DNA of 63,912 nt, the filler included, from Calcarisporiella thermophila CBS 279.70 (Eukaryota; Fungi; Calcarisporiellomycota), in NCBI RefSeq assembly GCF_041956535.1. It is 8 parts of 5 records of this genome, joined end to end, with 100 filler letters (N's around TTAATTAATTAA, not from the genome) between each part and the next. Parts side by side here need not be neighbours in the genome. Positions count along the whole stretch, not along the records: positions 61,797 to 63,912 come from NW_027192219.1; 7 more parts are not named here. One strand, given 5' to 3'. The notes below the pieces were generated by a model. It saw nothing but the letters and a program-made list of their open reading frames with translations, was not told the origin of the DNA and ran no database searches. Positions 61,798 through 63,912 of the stretch are shown in pieces (the stretch's first letter is position 1; each line of letters starts with the position of its first letter). Position numbers and translations under genes: made by a program.

Positions 61798-63912
61798 GAA
61801 CTTCAATTTGTGGACGATTGTATTAAAGGCTACAGAGGTAACCAATGTGACCATAATTACGCGCTGATTTTCGCTCATCTTCCGTCTTATTTCAGGATTG
61901 ATCCAACAGCTCGAAAACCCCCCGAATGAAGCATTGGCGAGGCCTCGAATAGATGAGTTGAAGTCTCAACTGGAGGAAATGGAAAACCAGAAGCAACAGT
62001 TAGAAGGTTTGAAAGTATTATATTTTGCCTTGTGAACTACCCTGATTTCATTTGCTGCTGTAGCACTTTTAGGATCAACTAGCAGGCGCTCAGAGACAAC
62101 AGATTATGAGTGTGTATTTGCAACTGATGAAGCGTTCAAGGTGCAATATCAGGATCCCCATGATATATTGACACATATGAAGAATTATCTGTATTGGTGC
62201 CACCGTGAGAGGAACCAACAAAAAACAATAGAAATTGTTCCTTTTGTACCAATAATACAGAGCTCGGGGTACGGCAAAACGCGTATGATTGCTGAGCTTG
62301 CTGGCGAGATCCACACCCTCTATATTTGCAACCGAACGTCAGCCTCGACTGGCTATCCACCTGCATCACCTAATGTAGAATACTTTTTTTCTCAACTGCG
62401 TCGCGAAAAAGTTCGAAATATAGGCACGGCTTCAGAAGTGCAGCCTTTCGCGTTGGTTATGTTGGCTGCGGCTCAGGAAGTCAAAGACTCTGGGCTGAGT
62501 CCAAGTGAGTTTTGGCAGATGCAGATATACGACCGCACAGCATGCAACAAGTTCTGGGAAAATGTTATGAACAGACATCAAAGGTCAGTGTAGTTCCCTA
62601 TCCGCTTGGACTGTTAGCGACAAACTTCTTTATTTACACCATTTGCTAATTATTAAACAGGTACAGGTCAATGAGGGATGAGGAGTTGAAAGCGAAACTG
62701 GGCGATGAGGATTTTATACTCAAACTCTTTGGAAATGTCAGCGATAGAGACAGGATCGTATTGCTCTGTTGCATTGATGAGGCCCATATGCTTTTTGATG
62801 AAGCGAAGGCTCGTGGATCGGGGGATCGCAGTGTTAAGTTCCGGATGTGGCGCCGCGCAATTCGATCGATTAAATGGAGGGGATTCTTTTCAGTATGCCT
62901 CAGCACTGGTGGCAAGATCGGAGACTTTTTCCCGACATTCGACGTTGATACCTCTGCGCGAGAAAGAGGTTTCACACATTTCCAGCCTTTTGTGGATGTG
63001 GCCACAAAGGATGCCCTTGTGCCCGATGCTCGTCCTGAATGTCCGACACCGCTGCAGCTTGTGCAATATGGTCGCCCACTCTTTGGAGCGTTGGCGAGAG
63101 ATGAAAGTTTTATTCCGGAGGTGTTGACGTTGGCGGCAACAAAGCTTCACGGAACTAGAGTAACAGGAAGCTCAATGGAAGGGGCGCTTGCTCGACTTGC
63201 TTGCCTAACCGCGATCAAATTATCACTTAGAGCAGACCTAACAAGGCAGATGGTGGCCGACCATATGGCAACAGCGCTTGGGATTTCACCTAATCGATGT
63301 GATGCTTATATTACATATCCATCTGAGCCAGTTCTTGCTGCAGGAGCTCTTGCTTATTATGGAGACGAAGAGACATGGTCGAGAGATATTCACTGGTTGG
63401 CTGAAGCATTGTCAGAGGGCTTTGCTGACTCAGGCGAATGCGGAGAAGCAGCTGCTCGTATAGCATTGTTAAGAGCGATGCAGAAAGCTTGCCAAGCTAA
63501 CTACACCTCATCCGTGGATATATCGTTCTGTAAGCCCGTCTCTGTGAAGGAGTTTCTCTCCTCGTTGGTGTTGGAGGACAAGAGGCTTGCTTGCAATGTA
63601 AGAAGTACCGATCCAGGATTAAACAGGTAGGAACAAAACTTTTGGAGCAGCCTACCGTACTCACTCTACATTTAATTCATAGAAAAAGGATCGACTTTAT
63701 AAAGAAGATATCTGAAAGGCTCCTTGCAATAGTCGAAGATGATAACAAAAAACACTTGTATGTGGATTCCAAGGATGAAACAGAGCTTTATAAAGGGCAG
63801 GTTGCATTCAATCACTTTCTCTCACCATATTGCAATTCTGCCAGAGGCCCTTCGCTTTCTGACCAGGATCCTGACGAGGATTTTTTAAAAACATGCTGGC
63901 AACGCCGGGCAG
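61798..63912 (+). CDS. P-loop NTPase of the Crinkler-associated (CR-NTPase/REase-like) type, multi-exon, both ends missing
   Basis: Walker A IIQSSGYGKT, Walker B LCCIDEAH, then YGRPLF, YPSEPVLA and GECGEAAAR motifs typical of these expanded fungal families. Confidence 0.7.

Overview
Eukaryotic, intron-rich, AT-rich DNA, most consistent with an early-diverging (non-Dikarya) fungus (inference from gene content: group III HAMP histidine kinase, LaeA-like methyltransferases, animal-type AIFM1, TPX2). The window is not continuous: seven 100-nt gaps carry an artificial TTAATTAATTAA spacer (probably concatenated contigs) and two are plain N gaps. Housekeeping genes: NRT2 nitrate transporter, OFA-family MFS transporter, NIK1/OS-1-type kinase, casein kinase I, TPX2, AIF and delta-COP (head-to-head), two secreted Cys-rich proteins, two 7TM receptor paralogues and six tRNA genes. 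There are also CACTA, hAT and non-LTR (L1/Tx1-like) remnants. The main finding is a family of ~340-bp tRNA-derived SINEs (CCA-ended head, poly(A) tail, target-site duplications). Four insertions with unrelated flanks lie head-to-head 84-87 bp upstream of tRNA genes (three Pro, one His; one distance is measured after removing a nested 130-bp insert), and an L1/Tx1-like LINE fragment sits just upstream of tRNA-Lys. This suggests a tRNA-gene-targeting SINE/LINE system. The second finding is a 7TM GPCR-like ORF that runs in frame into a LaeA-like SAM methyltransferase; this copy carries two lesions.
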